From NCBI GenBank assembly GCA_964543265.1, contig CAZIWN010000001.1, positions 38,470 through 102,469 on the forward strand: a stretch of DNA of 64,000 nucleotides, given 5' to 3'. The notes under the pieces were generated by a model. That model had not been told where the DNA came from, made no database searches, and saw only the letters and a list, made by a program, of their open reading frames with translations. Positions 8,234 to 18,299 of this stretch are shown here, one piece after another; positions within the stretch are counted from its first letter, which is position 1; every line of letters begins with the position of its first letter. A program made the position numbers and the translations under genes. Source of the DNA: an uncultured Candidatus Saccharibacteria bacterium (GTDB lineage Bacteria; Patescibacteriota; Minisyncoccia; UBA6257; 1-14-0-10-40-38).

Positions 8234-11129
8234 AATTTTTTAATACGACTTCTTTTGGTTCTGTGTCTAGCGCGGTATTTAAAATTATTCTAGCTTTCTG
8301 AATCTGGGAATTATTTATTTTTTGGGGATTTTCAGAAAAATTAGCTACCACCAAAACTTTTTCTTTTTCAGATTCTCTAGTAAATGCGAAGACGTTTGAG
8401 TTTCCACTGTCGTAAGAAAAATATTTTCCATATTTCAGTGCTTGAGAATTTTTTCTGAAATAAGTTAGATTTTTATAGAGATTTAATATCGATTTTGGAT
8501 TTTTAGATTCCGTTTCCACATTAACATTTAAAAAATTTGGATGTATTGGTAACCATGGAGCTTCTTGTGAAAATCCGGCATTAGCACCAGCATTCCATTG
8601 CATAGGACTTCTTTCTGGGTCTCTAGCATATTTTGCGTCTTGAACTTCTTTACCCCAAGCGTCTTGAATGTTTCTTGGTGGAATCTTTACATCTTCCATT
8701 CCCAATTCCTCTCCATAATATATAAACGCCATTCCACGTAGGGTTAAAAGAATCATAGCCATCAATCTAGATTTCCTTTCTCCTATTTTTGTAGCGATTC
8801 TTGAAACGTCATGATTTCCAAGAACATAATTAGGAACCTGATCTTCTCCCACCGAGGCATTAAAATCATCTATAAATTTTTTATAAGCAGTAGCATTCCA
8901 TGGCAGATTCATTAAGTTAAAGTTTAAAGGAGCATGGAGCTTATTTCCGCAAGCCGCATAAAGTTTTTCCATTCCTTTTATATCAAGATAAGCTTCGCTT
9001 ACCAGAAACTGGTTTCCATGCTCTCCTAAAACTGAACAAAAAGAATTTGTTGTTTCTAATAGTTCTGGTTGTCCGGTAGAAAATATGTGAAGTAGGGAAT
9101 TATACGGATCATCTCTTCCGGGAACGTAGTTTGGATTTTGTGGATCGTCTCTGAATTGAGAGTCTTTTATTAAGTGATAAATAGCGTCAGTCCTAAAACC
9201 ATCAACTCCGTGATGTATCCAAAACTTTAAGACATTTTGCATCTCCTCTTTAACTTCTTTATTCCTCCAGTTTAAATCAGGTTGGCTCTCTAAAAAAGAA
9301 TGCAGATAATATTGTCCAGTTGTTTTACTAAATTTCCAAGCAGAACCACCAAAGACAGAAACCCAGTTATTTGGCGGTGAGCCGTCGCTTTTTGGATCTC
9401 TCCATATATACCAATCTCTTTTCGGATTATTTCGTGAAGATTTAGATTCCAGAAACCACGGATGTTCCGATGAGGTGTGATTTGGGACGAAGTCCATTAA
9501 AATTTTTATTCCTCTTTTATGCGCCTCTTCTGTTAGTCTGCTAAAGATTTCCAAATCTCCGAAAACAGGATCTATATCGTAATAATCAGATATATCATAT
9601 CCAAAATCTTTTTGAGGGGATTTATAAATTGGATTAAGCCATATCGCGTTTATTCCCAAAGACTCCTTAGTTCCGTCATTTAAATAATCTAGTTTTTCTA
9701 TAATACCTTCTAGGTCGCCAATGCCATTTCCGTCAGAATCTTTAAAGCTTCTTGGATATATTTGATAAACTATCGCATGATGAGACCAATTTTCTTTTGC
9801 TGGGCTTGCATATCCTGGCATTCCAACCAATAAACTTTTTGTTTTGATTTTATAATTTTCAATTTCCGGTTGATTAAACGGATTAACTTTCATTAATTTT
9901 GCCAAAAAATAAACCTCAAGCATTTTAAACTGCATCAACTCTCCCAAATCTTCTTCTTTTAAATCTTCAAGAATTATTTCTGAATAAGGCAATCCATTTT
10001 CATAAAAAGATCCTTTAACCCCTATTAATATAGAGTCCATTATTTGTCCGATAGTTTTTCTTGTTGATTCCGGATATATTTCAGGAAATTCTCTGTCTTT
10101 AGGGACATGGGAGGTTTGGTTATTTGAAATAGATGATATAAAAGAAAAATATTTATCTTTTGGTCCCGCAAGATATAGTTGGAGTACGGAATGTAGGTCA
10201 ACTGAGCCCAGCGTGACAGTTGGTGTGAAGTTTTGCTCAACTTTTTTTCCGTCTTCTGTTTTCGCTTTACCTAAAGACTCTGCAATAAGTTGCCTCATCC
10301 ATTTTCCTAAAGATTCAAGTTCTGTGTGAAAAATAAAATGATCGTAAATATTTTTTCCAGATAATAAATTTAAATAAGCCACCGAAGCGGATTCCATAGG
10401 GGAATCACTTTGGGAATTTATTTTAGAGTTAGCCCTTTTAGCTCCTAAAATTAATTTATCAATTTTTATTTTTGCTAAAATCAGTGGAAAAAATCCCACA
10501 TTAGAAAAAACAGAAAACCTGCCAGAAAGATTTTTAGGTATTTCTAGGGTAGAAATATTTTTTTCTTTAGATTTTTTCCACAAAATAGAATCTTTCTCAG
10601 TAGTAGAAACTATTCTCTCTTCAATATTTTTAAATCTTCTTTTTAAACAATGGATCGTGTATTCTGTATTAGCTATTGTCTCTAGGGTGTCTCCAGACTT
10701 GCTAATAATATTCAAAATCACCTCATCTGGGTTTTTAATCCTTGATTCTAAGAAAAAATCCAATTTTCTTAAATATTCTGGGTCGCAAGTGTCTAAAAAT
10801 ATCAGCTTAGGATATCTACTCGTTTCTAATATGTCGTAGTGTTTATGTAGAGCTTCATAGATTGCCTTTGTTCCTAAATTAGATCCGCCTATTCCTATCA
10901 CGAATACATATTTAAGATTTTTACTCCATTTTTCTTTGGCCAAATTTTTTGAATCGTTCAAGAAAGAGTCAAATTCAGGAATGCTCGCAAAAATTTCACC
11001 AGAATTATCTTTTTTCTTATCTATAAATTCAGAAATAAAAAACGCATCAGATTTTATTCTGGCCGTTGTTTCTGCTAATAATTTTTTATCCTTAATAGCC
11101 TTGTCGCTTATAAATCTCATCTCGCACAA
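8193..11129 (-). CDS. Fusion of glucose-6-phosphate isomerase (N-terminal) and GH13 alpha-glucosidase/oligo-1,6-glucosidase (C-terminal)
   Basis: PGI: GIGGSNLG, SKSGDTLET, GRFSV, QLIAESLGK, DLHS, NPFNQP; GH13: YQIYPRSF, DFVPNHTS, GFRTDA, VSEAY, GNHD. Confidence 0.9.
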   Translation of the reverse strand: MCEMRFISDKAIKDKKLLAETTARIKSDAFFISEFIDKKKDNSGEIFASIPEFDSFLNDSKNLAKEKWSKNLKYVFVIGIGGSNLGTKAIYEALHKHYDILETSRYPKLIFLDTCDPEYLRKLDFFLESRIKNPDEVILNIISKSGDTLETIANTEYTIHCLKRRFKNIEERIVSTTEKDSILWKKSKEKNISTLEIPKNLSGRFSVFSNVGFFPLILAKIKIDKLILGAKRANSKINSQSDSPMESASVAYLNLLSGKNIYDHFIFHTELESLGKWMRQLIAESLGKAKTEDGKKVEQNFTPTVTLGSVDLHSVLQLYLAGPKDKYFSFISSISNNQTSHVPKDREFPEIYPESTRKTIGQIMDSILIGVKGSFYENGLPYSEIILEDLKEEDLGELMQFKMLEVYFLAKLMKVNPFNQPEIENYKIKTKSLLVGMPGYASPAKENWSHHAIVYQIYPRSFKDSDGNGIGDLEGIIEKLDYLNDGTKESLGINAIWLNPIYKSPQKDFGYDISDYYDIDPVFGDLEIFSRLTEEAHKRGIKILMDFVPNHTSSEHPWFLESKSSRNNPKRDWYIWRDPKSDGSPPNNWVSVFGGSAWKFSKTTGQYYLHSFLESQPDLNWRNKEVKEEMQNVLKFWIHHGVDGFRTDAIYHLIKDSQFRDDPQNPNYVPGRDDPYNSLLHIFSTGQPELLETTNSFCSVLGEHGNQFLVSEAYLDIKGMEKLYAACGNKLHAPLNFNLMNLPWNATAYKKFIDDFNASVGEDQVPNYVLGNHDVSRIATKIGERKSRLMAMILLTLRGMAFIYYGEELGMEDVKIPPRNIQDAWGKEVQDAKYARDPERSPMQWNAGANAGFSQEAPWLPIHPNFLNVNVETESKNPKSILNLYKNLTYFRKNSQALKYGKYFSYDSGNSNVFAFTRESEKEKVLVVANFSENPQKINNSQIQKARIILNTALDTEPKEVVLKNFELKPFEGYVFTF

Positions 11130-11192
11130 TTATAACATTTTTAGAATTAGCTCTGTGTGTTAATATGATAATCAGATTTATTTATCGTTAAA

Positions 11193-12977
11193 ATGAATAT
11201 TAAAGCTTTATTAAGTAGTAAAATTTTCCAAATTATTAAGTCTTTTTCGGGTGGAATAGTGGGTTTGCTGACAGACTTATTGTTGCTTAAAATATTTTTT
11301 TATTTTGAAAGCATCCCGCCATATTTATCTGTAGTTTTAGCTTTTTTTATCGCTCTTTACGTTAATTTTGTATTTCAAAAACACGTTTCCTTTAAGCACA
11401 AAGATGAAAATGGTCTAAATTATGGCAACGCATCTTTCTTTTTTGTTTATTGGATATTTATGTCCGGGGTCAACGTGCTTCTCATAAAATTTATAGAATC
11501 AACTTTTTATTTGAATTTATTTTACAGCCAAACCATATCATCCATGTTGATGGCTCTGGTTAGTTTTTTTGTTTATAAAAAATTAATTTTTTCCAAACTT
11601 GGCAAGGCTATAGAAGCAAGGGGAAATTTTTATGCACTTAAATATGGAAAAATATTTATAATTTCTTTTTTATCCAGAATTCTCGTCTTTCTCTATTTAT
11701 TTATAAAATTTGGGGAGGAAGCAATAGTTTGGGGAGATAGCGTTAGATATCTAGGGTCCGGAGAAAGTATTTTGCGTGGGGTTTTTGAATATGGTGGATT
11801 AAAAGAGGTTTACAGGACTCCGGGATTCCCATTTTTCTTGTCTTTTTTTATATCTTTAGGTATTCCAGTTTGGGCGATGTCTCTGTTTAATATATTACTT
11901 TCAAGTTTTATTCCGGTTTTTGTAGTGTATTTCTGCTCTAGGATAAATTTATCTGGAATTTGGAAAAAAATAGCAGTCGGACTTTCAATTTTCGAGCCCC
12001 TAATGATTTATTACAGTATCCCAATACTTCCAGATGTTTTATTTTGCGTCCTTTTATTTGCAGTAATATTTTTCATCTTAAAATTTTTAGATGTAAAAAA
12101 AATAAAATTTATTTTTATCGCTTCAATTCTAATAGGTATATTAAACTACGTTCGTCCAGTCGGAATTTATTTAAGTTTAGCAATATTTTTATTCCTATTT
12201 TTCTGGATCAAGGAAACTTCGCTTAGTAAAAGATTTTTTTATGGTTTGATTATTGTCTTAATACCCATAATAACAATGATTCCATGGCAATACAGAAACT
12301 ATAAAGTTTTTGGCGTCTTTGAATTTACCTCAGCCCTTCCAGTTAATTTATTTAATTATGCCGGAGCTTCATCTCTTTCTTTTTCTGCGAATATTCCTTA
12401 TCAAGAAGCGAAACTCAAGCTCTTAGAAGAGTTTAAAAACGAAGCACCGTATCCATCTAATCAAAAAGACTTAAGAAATAGCTCTTATCTTAAAAATAAA
12501 ACCAAAGATATTATTAGTCTTTATCCTTTAGGATATATAAAAAGCGTTATTGCTGGTCTGAATACGTTTTTATTTTCTGGCAACTATCATTATTTGCTTA
12601 TGAAATATGAAATTATAGACAGGCCAGAAGAAATAAAATCATATTCTTTTATCTGGGCCAAAGAAGGGGCTTCGGGACTATTAAAAGTGGTCTTAAAAGA
12701 TATTTCCTCTCCATACACGCTCATAGCATTTTTAGGAAAGATTTTCTGGATAATTATTGTTTTAGCGTCTTTGCTCGGCGGATTAATAAAAAGAAAGGAT
12801 CCATTGTCGGTATTGTTTTTAATAATTTTGCTTTATTTTTGCTCCACCATATTGTCTGTTGGTATAGGCGTGGAAGCTCGTCACAGGTTTGCTTTAAATC
12901 CTTTGATATTCATATTTTCCTCTGTTATGATGAAATTTATATATGAAAGATTTATCCGTAGTCGTTCCGCTATATAA
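11193..12977 (+). CDS. GtrA-like flippase domain fused to a GT-C (ArnT/PMT-like) membrane glycosyltransferase
   Basis: N-terminal 4-TM GtrA pattern (NFVFQKHVSF); then GDS..Y, RTPGFP, RP, PWQYRNY typical of GT-C. Confidence 0.7.
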   Translation: MNIKALLSSKIFQIIKSFSGGIVGLLTDLLLLKIFFYFESIPPYLSVVLAFFIALYVNFVFQKHVSFKHKDENGLNYGNASFFFVYWIFMSGVNVLLIKFIESTFYLNLFYSQTISSMLMALVSFFVYKKLIFSKLGKAIEARGNFYALKYGKIFIISFLSRILVFLYLFIKFGEEAIVWGDSVRYLGSGESILRGVFEYGGLKEVYRTPGFPFFLSFFISLGIPVWAMSLFNILLSSFIPVFVVYFCSRINLSGIWKKIAVGLSIFEPLMIYYSIPILPDVLFCVLLFAVIFFILKFLDVKKIKFIFIASILIGILNYVRPVGIYLSLAIFLFLFFWIKETSLSKRFFYGLIIVLIPIITMIPWQYRNYKVFGVFEFTSALPVNLFNYAGASSLSFSANIPYQEAKLKLLEEFKNEAPYPSNQKDLRNSSYLKNKTKDIISLYPLGYIKSVIAGLNTFLFSGNYHYLLMKYEIIDRPEEIKSYSFIWAKEGASGLLKVVLKDISSPYTLIAFLGKIFWIIIVLASLLGGLIKRKDPLSVLFLIILLYFCSTILSVGIGVEARHRFALNPLIFIFSSVMMKFIYERFIRSRSAI

Positions 12978-13869
12978 CGAGGAAAAGATTTTTCCAGAGC
13001 TTTTAAATAGGCTTTTTAGCTCTCTTTCTGGTCTAAATTTTGAGATTATACTAATAGACGATGGTTCTACTGATAAGACTTATGAATTAATTTCTGAATA
13101 TGCCTCTAAAGATAAGCGGATAAAGGGAATAGTTTTTTCAAGAAATTTCGGACATCAAGCAGCGGTTTCTGCCGGATTAGATATTGCGATTGGTGAATTA
13201 ATTTTAATAATTGATGGCGATCTTCAGGATCCTCCTGAACTGATACCGGAAATGATTAAAAAAATTAATACTGGTTACGATGTCGTTTATGCAGTTAGAA
13301 AAAGCAGAAAGGAAAACTTTTGTAAAAGATTTGCCTACTCTTTCTTTTATAAGATTATGGGTAAAATATCCAAAGACATAGAGCTCCCAAAAGACTCTGG
13401 AGATTTTTCCCTTATTAGAAAAAATGTTGCAGCCGCAATGAAGGAATTAGGAGAAAGAAATAGATATGTGCGAGGAATAAGAGCGTGGGTCGGTTTTAAG
13501 CAAGTAGCTTTCCCTTACGAAAGAGATAAAAGATTTGCCGGAAAGACAAAATATACCCTAAGAAAATTATTCGGATTGGCCTATAATGGAATTTTTTCTT
13601 TTTCATATTTTCCAATAAACTTTATTAGTTTTTTAGGTGCTTTCAGTTTCACTCTTTCGGTAATTGGAATATTTTTAGTTTTATACTTTAGGCTTTTTAC
13701 GGATAGAAATATTCCAGGATTTGCTTCGCTTTCTATAATTTCTTTATTTTTAGGCGGAGTCCAATTGTTATCAGTTGGTGTTTTGGGAGAATATATCAAA
13801 AGAATTTATGACGAGACAAAAGCCCGACCAAACTATATTATTAAAAAGATAATAAACAACGATAAATAA
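12943..13869 (+). CDS. GT2 polyprenol-phosphate glycosyltransferase (GtrB/YkoT-like)
   Basis: VVPLYNEE, DDGSTD, RNFGHQAA, DGDLQDPP, two C-terminal TM helices, LGEYI.RIY.E.K.RP. Confidence 0.92.
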   Translation: MKDLSVVVPLYNEEKIFPELLNRLFSSLSGLNFEIILIDDGSTDKTYELISEYASKDKRIKGIVFSRNFGHQAAVSAGLDIAIGELILIIDGDLQDPPELIPEMIKKINTGYDVVYAVRKSRKENFCKRFAYSFFYKIMGKISKDIELPKDSGDFSLIRKNVAAAMKELGERNRYVRGIRAWVGFKQVAFPYERDKRFAGKTKYTLRKLFGLAYNGIFSFSYFPINFISFLGAFSFTLSVIGIFLVLYFRLFTDRNIPGFASLSIISLFLGGVQLLSVGVLGEYIKRIYDETKARPNYIIKKIINNDK

Positions 13870-13873
13870 AAAA

Positions 13874-14638
13874 GTGAAAAAAGAAATTATTTTTTTATCT
13901 CAGCCACAAAAGGTTAATATGGGAGATGATTGGTTTGAGATTGCAGATGAAAAGCATTTTTGGATTAAGCGAAGATTTTCAGTTTTTAAAAAGATATACC
14001 AAAAATACGCCAAATCTAATTATTTAATAGGGGAAATAGGTTGCGGATCGGGAATTTTTCAAAAACAATACGAGAATTATTACAATTCAAAGATAGACGG
14101 TTTCGATCTCAATATTAAGGCTTTAGAAAATAGTTGCGCTCAAAAAAGCGATATTTTTTGCTACGATATTTCTGAAAGAAAAGTGGATTTAAAAAATAAA
14201 TACGACATCCTTATCCTTTTTGATGTTATAGAGCACATAGAAAATGATGAAAAATTTATAGAAGACGTTAAATTTCATTTAAAAAAGAACGGCAAAATTA
14301 TAATCAATGTTCCAGCTTCTCAAATGCTGTTTAGCGATTATGACAGAGTAGTGGGGCATATGAGGCGCTACAATTCTAAGGACCTTCTTAGGATAGAGAA
14401 AAAATGTAACCTTAAATTAATCCAATGGACCTATTGGGGAATTTTTTTTGTTCCGGTAATTATTTTAAGAAAATTTCTGCTTAAAAGAAAAAAAGATGTT
14501 TCAGACATAATCCAAAATGGCTTTAATCCTAAGAATATTTTTCTAAACAAGATCATGTCTTTTATTGGTAATCTAGAATTTATTCCGCAGCATTTTTTGG
14601 GTTCATCTTTGATGTGTATCTTCGAGAAGCAAGACTAA
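13874..14638 (+). CDS. Class I SAM-dependent methyltransferase
   Basis: EIGCGSG, FDVIEH, VPA...D...GH.RRY. Confidence 0.85.
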   Translation: MKKEIIFLSQPQKVNMGDDWFEIADEKHFWIKRRFSVFKKIYQKYAKSNYLIGEIGCGSGIFQKQYENYYNSKIDGFDLNIKALENSCAQKSDIFCYDISERKVDLKNKYDILILFDVIEHIENDEKFIEDVKFHLKKNGKIIINVPASQMLFSDYDRVVGHMRRYNSKDLLRIEKKCNLKLIQWTYWGIFFVPVIILRKFLLKRKKDVSDIIQNGFNPKNIFLNKIMSFIGNLEFIPQHFLGSSLMCIFEKQD

Positions 14639-14644
14639 TAAATA

Positions 14645-14672
14645 TTGACAATATACTATATAGTTATATGAT
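14645..14672 (+). promoter_or_regulatory. sigma70-type promoter with palindromic spacer
   Basis: TTGACA-16 nt-TATGAT; spacer contains palindrome ACTATATAGT. Confidence 0.7.
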
Positions 14673-14721
14673 ATAAATCAGTACCACTAAAACCATCAAT
14701 CCTGAAAGGAGGTGATTCGTC

Positions 14722-15084
14722 TTGAGTTTGAGTTTTCGGGAAATGTTCACTTGCGGCATCTGTGGTAAAGGAGAGTGCTACAGAAAGTTTTGTTTGGATT
14801 GCGTAGATAGAATCCTGAAGACCGAGTTCAAGCATGTTTTTTGCCATTGCTCTGTTTGTGGTTGGCGCGCCATACCCAAAAACTACTTCACCTATAGAAC
14901 AAGGAAGATATTTGGCGCCAAACCAGGTGTTGGTGTGGATGTTCTGATATTCAGTGATGGATGTTTCAATGGGAGATGCGCCAAATCCAAAGCTGTTTGT
15001 CGTTGCGCCCCTCGTCATCTAGTCTTGGATATTTTTCAATTGAAAGTTGCCGCCGAAGAAGTGCGCCAATTCATGGGATCATGA
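14722..15084 (+). CDS. Orphan Cys-rich (12 Cys) putative Zn-binding protein
   Basis: AAGGAGGTGA SD before TTG; CxxC motifs; own promoter and terminator. Confidence 0.65.
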   Translation: MSLSFREMFTCGICGKGECYRKFCLDCVDRILKTEFKHVFCHCSVCGWRAIPKNYFTYRTRKIFGAKPGVGVDVLIFSDGCFNGRCAKSKAVCRCAPRHLVLDIFQLKVAAEEVRQFMGS

Positions 15085-15127
15085 CCGTGCTAGGAAGTTT
15101 CTATAACTCCAGCACGGTCCTTTTTTT
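15083..15127 (+). terminator. Intrinsic terminator
   Basis: gaccgtgct...agcacggtc followed by a T7 run. Confidence 0.8.
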
Positions 15128-15184
15128 ATTTCTGGGGACAAAATAATCTTATTTTTTTGTTATAATTAACTAAAACATTTAAAT

Positions 15185-17263
15185 ATGCCAGAGGAAATTT
15201 TAGAGAAAAAACCATCAGCTAAGGAAGAGGTTGACTCTTCGAGTCTTTTACCGGAAGTTATTAAAGAAAAAGATAAATCAGATTTAGTTTCTGGCGAGGT
15301 TGTTGTCCAAGAAGAAGTTTTAAAAGAGGGCGACTTGGAATTAGAAGTAGGAGTTGATGGAATAGGTCAATCTGAAGTTAGACCATTAGAGATCGATCTA
15401 TCAGGAAAATCTAATGATGTTTTGCCTACTGGCGACGGTGTAGTGGGCGATGAGTTTGAGGTTGTTGGAAGGATTTCTGATTTAGAAAAAACCGCAGACG
15501 ATTTGCCTCCTAAAAAAAGTTTTAAGGATAAATTTTTAAATATTTTAGACAGAGGCAAAGATCTTGGAAAGAATTTTTTACAAAATTCCGCAACGATTGC
15601 AGGCGATTTAGGTAGGAGAAGCGCTAAAGCTATCAGGGATAAAACTTCAGATGTTGCTGAATCATTAAAGCCCAAGTTAGAAAAAGCCATTAATGGAGCA
15701 AGAGATTTTACCGATGAAGCAGTTGCCGTTATTGGGGGCATGGCAAAAGTTGGTGCCTCTAAGCTTGGGGATAAAACAGTTGAGTTGGGGGGATTTTTAA
15801 AAGATTCAGGAATTATCATAAAGGGAGAAATAACTTCTCGCCTAGAATCGGCCGTGGCTCTAGCCGCAGATACTCTGGGAAAAATTTCTAATTCAGATAT
15901 TGTGCAGGGAGCTGTAGATAGAATTTCTATTTTTAAAAATACCATGGCCGAAGCCTGGGTTGGTTCCGGTGTTGATGAATTTAATGCTTTTATTAAGCAA
16001 CAAGAGACTGGGCTGGCGGATATAGAAAAATCTTTATCTTCTAGAAGATCAGATTTAGCCAATTTAGAGCAAATTTCTAAAGATGTTGGTTTTGATGTCA
16101 GTGAAGCCGCTAGAGAAAAACTTCAAAAAGATATAGAAAAAAAAGAAGCCGATCTAAAATCTGAAAAAGATAGAATCGACACAATGAAGGCAGAAAACAG
16201 CTTTTATGAAGTCAGGCGAACTGGTTATCTCGCTAAAATAGAGTCATCTAAAAAAAATATAGCCGACAGAATTCAAGCCAAAATAGACATAAACTCAGAG
16301 CATTCGGAAGATCTCCAAGATCGTTTAGATGAATTATCTGCAAATAAAAGAAAAAATTCCGGAGAATTAGAAAAATTAACAACTCACTTTAGGGATTTGG
16401 ATAGACTAACTAGAGAAACTGATTCCGAGGGCGCAAGGCGCTCTGCGGTTAGTTTAATGCGTCAGATTGGGCCAAGAATAAATGAATTAGAGGCAGAATT
16501 GATCGCTTGTAATAAAGATGAAGGTAAAATTTTAAAACGAAAAGCCAAAATAGATCAAAAAATAGCAAAAAATGAAGAAAATCTAGATGATATAAATTAT
16601 GAAATTAAAGAAACGCTAGATAAGGCTGATGGTGTTGAGTCAAAAAGATTTTCTGAAAGAGGGTTCTTTAAGAGATGGAATGAGGCTATGAAGGATTATC
16701 CGATAAAATGGGAAGAGATGCATTGGTTTTATGGACCAGATTTAGGAGCTAGCATACCTATAAGTAGAAGGATGATGAAAGATGATAAACATAAATCTAG
16801 ATTTATACAGATGTTGGTTAAAAGCGGTATAGATCCCAAGAGGCAGGATTTAAATAAGATATTTAAAGAAGGGCTAGATGCCATATATGGAACAAGTAAT
16901 GGCGTCGGTGGTAATAGTAAATCAGAAAAAGCTATTGATAGTAATTCAGAAACCGTAGAAGAAAAGCCAGTTTATTTCGAGGATTATTTATTAGAAGAGT
17001 CGGCTGTTAAAGAAGCAGCTCATGAAACCCAAGAAGTTAAGGGCCAAGAAAAAAGACTTTCTTTGGATGAATTTTTAGCAGCTTGGAATCAAGATTTCCC
17101 AGAGTTGTCTCTAGTGAAGGGAAACTTTGCCACCGTAAGTAAAATGAGGAGGGATAAAAGCAATATGCGCCATGTCATTTTAAACCTAGTTCACGCTCAG
17201 CATCCAGGAAGCAATCCTAAAATCGTCAAAATGTGCATTGATGCAATTTATAAAAATAAATAA
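15185..17263 (+). CDS. Large hypothetical protein: acidic N-terminus, amphipathic helical region, coiled coil, duplicated C-terminal domain
   Basis: 692-aa ORF; heptad-rich middle; no recognisable catalytic motif. Confidence 0.75.
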   Translation: MPEEILEKKPSAKEEVDSSSLLPEVIKEKDKSDLVSGEVVVQEEVLKEGDLELEVGVDGIGQSEVRPLEIDLSGKSNDVLPTGDGVVGDEFEVVGRISDLEKTADDLPPKKSFKDKFLNILDRGKDLGKNFLQNSATIAGDLGRRSAKAIRDKTSDVAESLKPKLEKAINGARDFTDEAVAVIGGMAKVGASKLGDKTVELGGFLKDSGIIIKGEITSRLESAVALAADTLGKISNSDIVQGAVDRISIFKNTMAEAWVGSGVDEFNAFIKQQETGLADIEKSLSSRRSDLANLEQISKDVGFDVSEAAREKLQKDIEKKEADLKSEKDRIDTMKAENSFYEVRRTGYLAKIESSKKNIADRIQAKIDINSEHSEDLQDRLDELSANKRKNSGELEKLTTHFRDLDRLTRETDSEGARRSAVSLMRQIGPRINELEAELIACNKDEGKILKRKAKIDQKIAKNEENLDDINYEIKETLDKADGVESKRFSERGFFKRWNEAMKDYPIKWEEMHWFYGPDLGASIPISRRMMKDDKHKSRFIQMLVKSGIDPKRQDLNKIFKEGLDAIYGTSNGVGGNSKSEKAIDSNSETVEEKPVYFEDYLLEESAVKEAAHETQEVKGQEKRLSLDEFLAAWNQDFPELSLVKGNFATVSKMRRDKSNMRHVILNLVHAQHPGSNPKIVKMCIDAIYKNK

Positions 17264-17268
17264 ATTTT

Positions 17269-17517
17269 ATGGCTAAAGATGATTTAAAAAAAATCCAGGA
17301 TATGGAAAAAAAGATTGCCGAAGATTTGCGTCGCGCAGATGCTCTTATTAAGAAATCTGCTGAATTTCGCAGTCATCTTAATCATAAAGTTGAGGAATCT
17401 GCTTTAAAAAATAATCAAGCCAATAAAAAGATAAACGACGAGATAGAAGAAATTTCTAACGACCTAGACAAGGGTTTTATTGAGGTTGTTCTCAATACTC
17501 CAACCAAGAAAGATTAA
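17269..17517 (+). CDS. Hypothetical coiled-coil protein
   Basis: 82-aa ORF starting 5 nt after the previous stop. Confidence 0.6.
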   Translation: MAKDDLKKIQDMEKKIAEDLRRADALIKKSAEFRSHLNHKVEESALKNNQANKKINDEIEEISNDLDKGFIEVVLNTPTKKD

Positions 17518-18227
17518 ATAAAAAACCTATTCGCTAAATAGCTCGCAACCGTCACAGCTGTTTCTGCTCTTAAGGTTAGTTTTCCTAAAGAGGCAATTTT
17601 AAATTCATTTCTTAAGGCGAAATTAGCTTCATCCTCGCTCCATCCTCCTTCTGGTCCGATTAATATATTTATTTTTTCAAAATTAGTATTTTCAATATCA
17701 TTATTTAAAGCAAAAATATCCTGACCATCTTTATTAAAGAATAAAACTAACTCTCCCTTTTTAGGTAGAAAATCTTTTAAGTTAATTGGTTTATTGATTT
17801 TGGGAACAATGGCTCTTCCGGATTGTTCACTGGCTTCTTTTATAATTTTTTCAATTCTTTCGGAATTTATATTCAACTTAATAGTTTTTTTAGTTAAAAG
17901 GGGAGTGATTTCAGAAATTCCGCACTCAACCGCCTTTTGTGCGGCTAATTCAAAATTTTCTTTCTTTAAAACAGCTAAAAACATATGAGTTTTTACTCCC
18001 ATTTCAGCAAAGCTCTTAGTAATATTAATAATTTCGCAAACAATATTTTTTTGACTTATTTCTTTTAAGGCAGCCACGGCTTCGTTACCATCTCCATTAT
18101 ATAGGACGATGTTTTCTTCCGGTTTAAGCTTCAAAACAGATTTAATTTGGTGAATTAAATCTTTATCTTTTATTTCAAATTTTCCAACACTCAATTTTTC
18201 GTTTAGATAAAATCTATGAATTTTCAT
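17514..18227 (-). CDS. rsmE: 16S rRNA m3U1498 methyltransferase
   Basis: EASEQSGR, IGPEGGWS, LGKLTLRAETA. Confidence 0.95.
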   Translation of the reverse strand: MKIHRFYLNEKLSVGKFEIKDKDLIHQIKSVLKLKPEENIVLYNGDGNEAVAALKEISQKNIVCEIINITKSFAEMGVKTHMFLAVLKKENFELAAQKAVECGISEITPLLTKKTIKLNINSERIEKIIKEASEQSGRAIVPKINKPINLKDFLPKKGELVLFFNKDGQDIFALNNDIENTNFEKINILIGPEGGWSEDEANFALRNEFKIASLGKLTLRAETAVTVASYLANRFFI

Positions 18228-18299
18228 TATTACTATATATAGTATATTTAATTCTAATTTGCTTTTTTAGGCAAATCGGTTAAAATATTTTGTATTATC

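Noticed and set aside
14656-15018. 120-aa minus-strand ORF
   Set aside because: Promoter, SD and terminator are all on the plus strand
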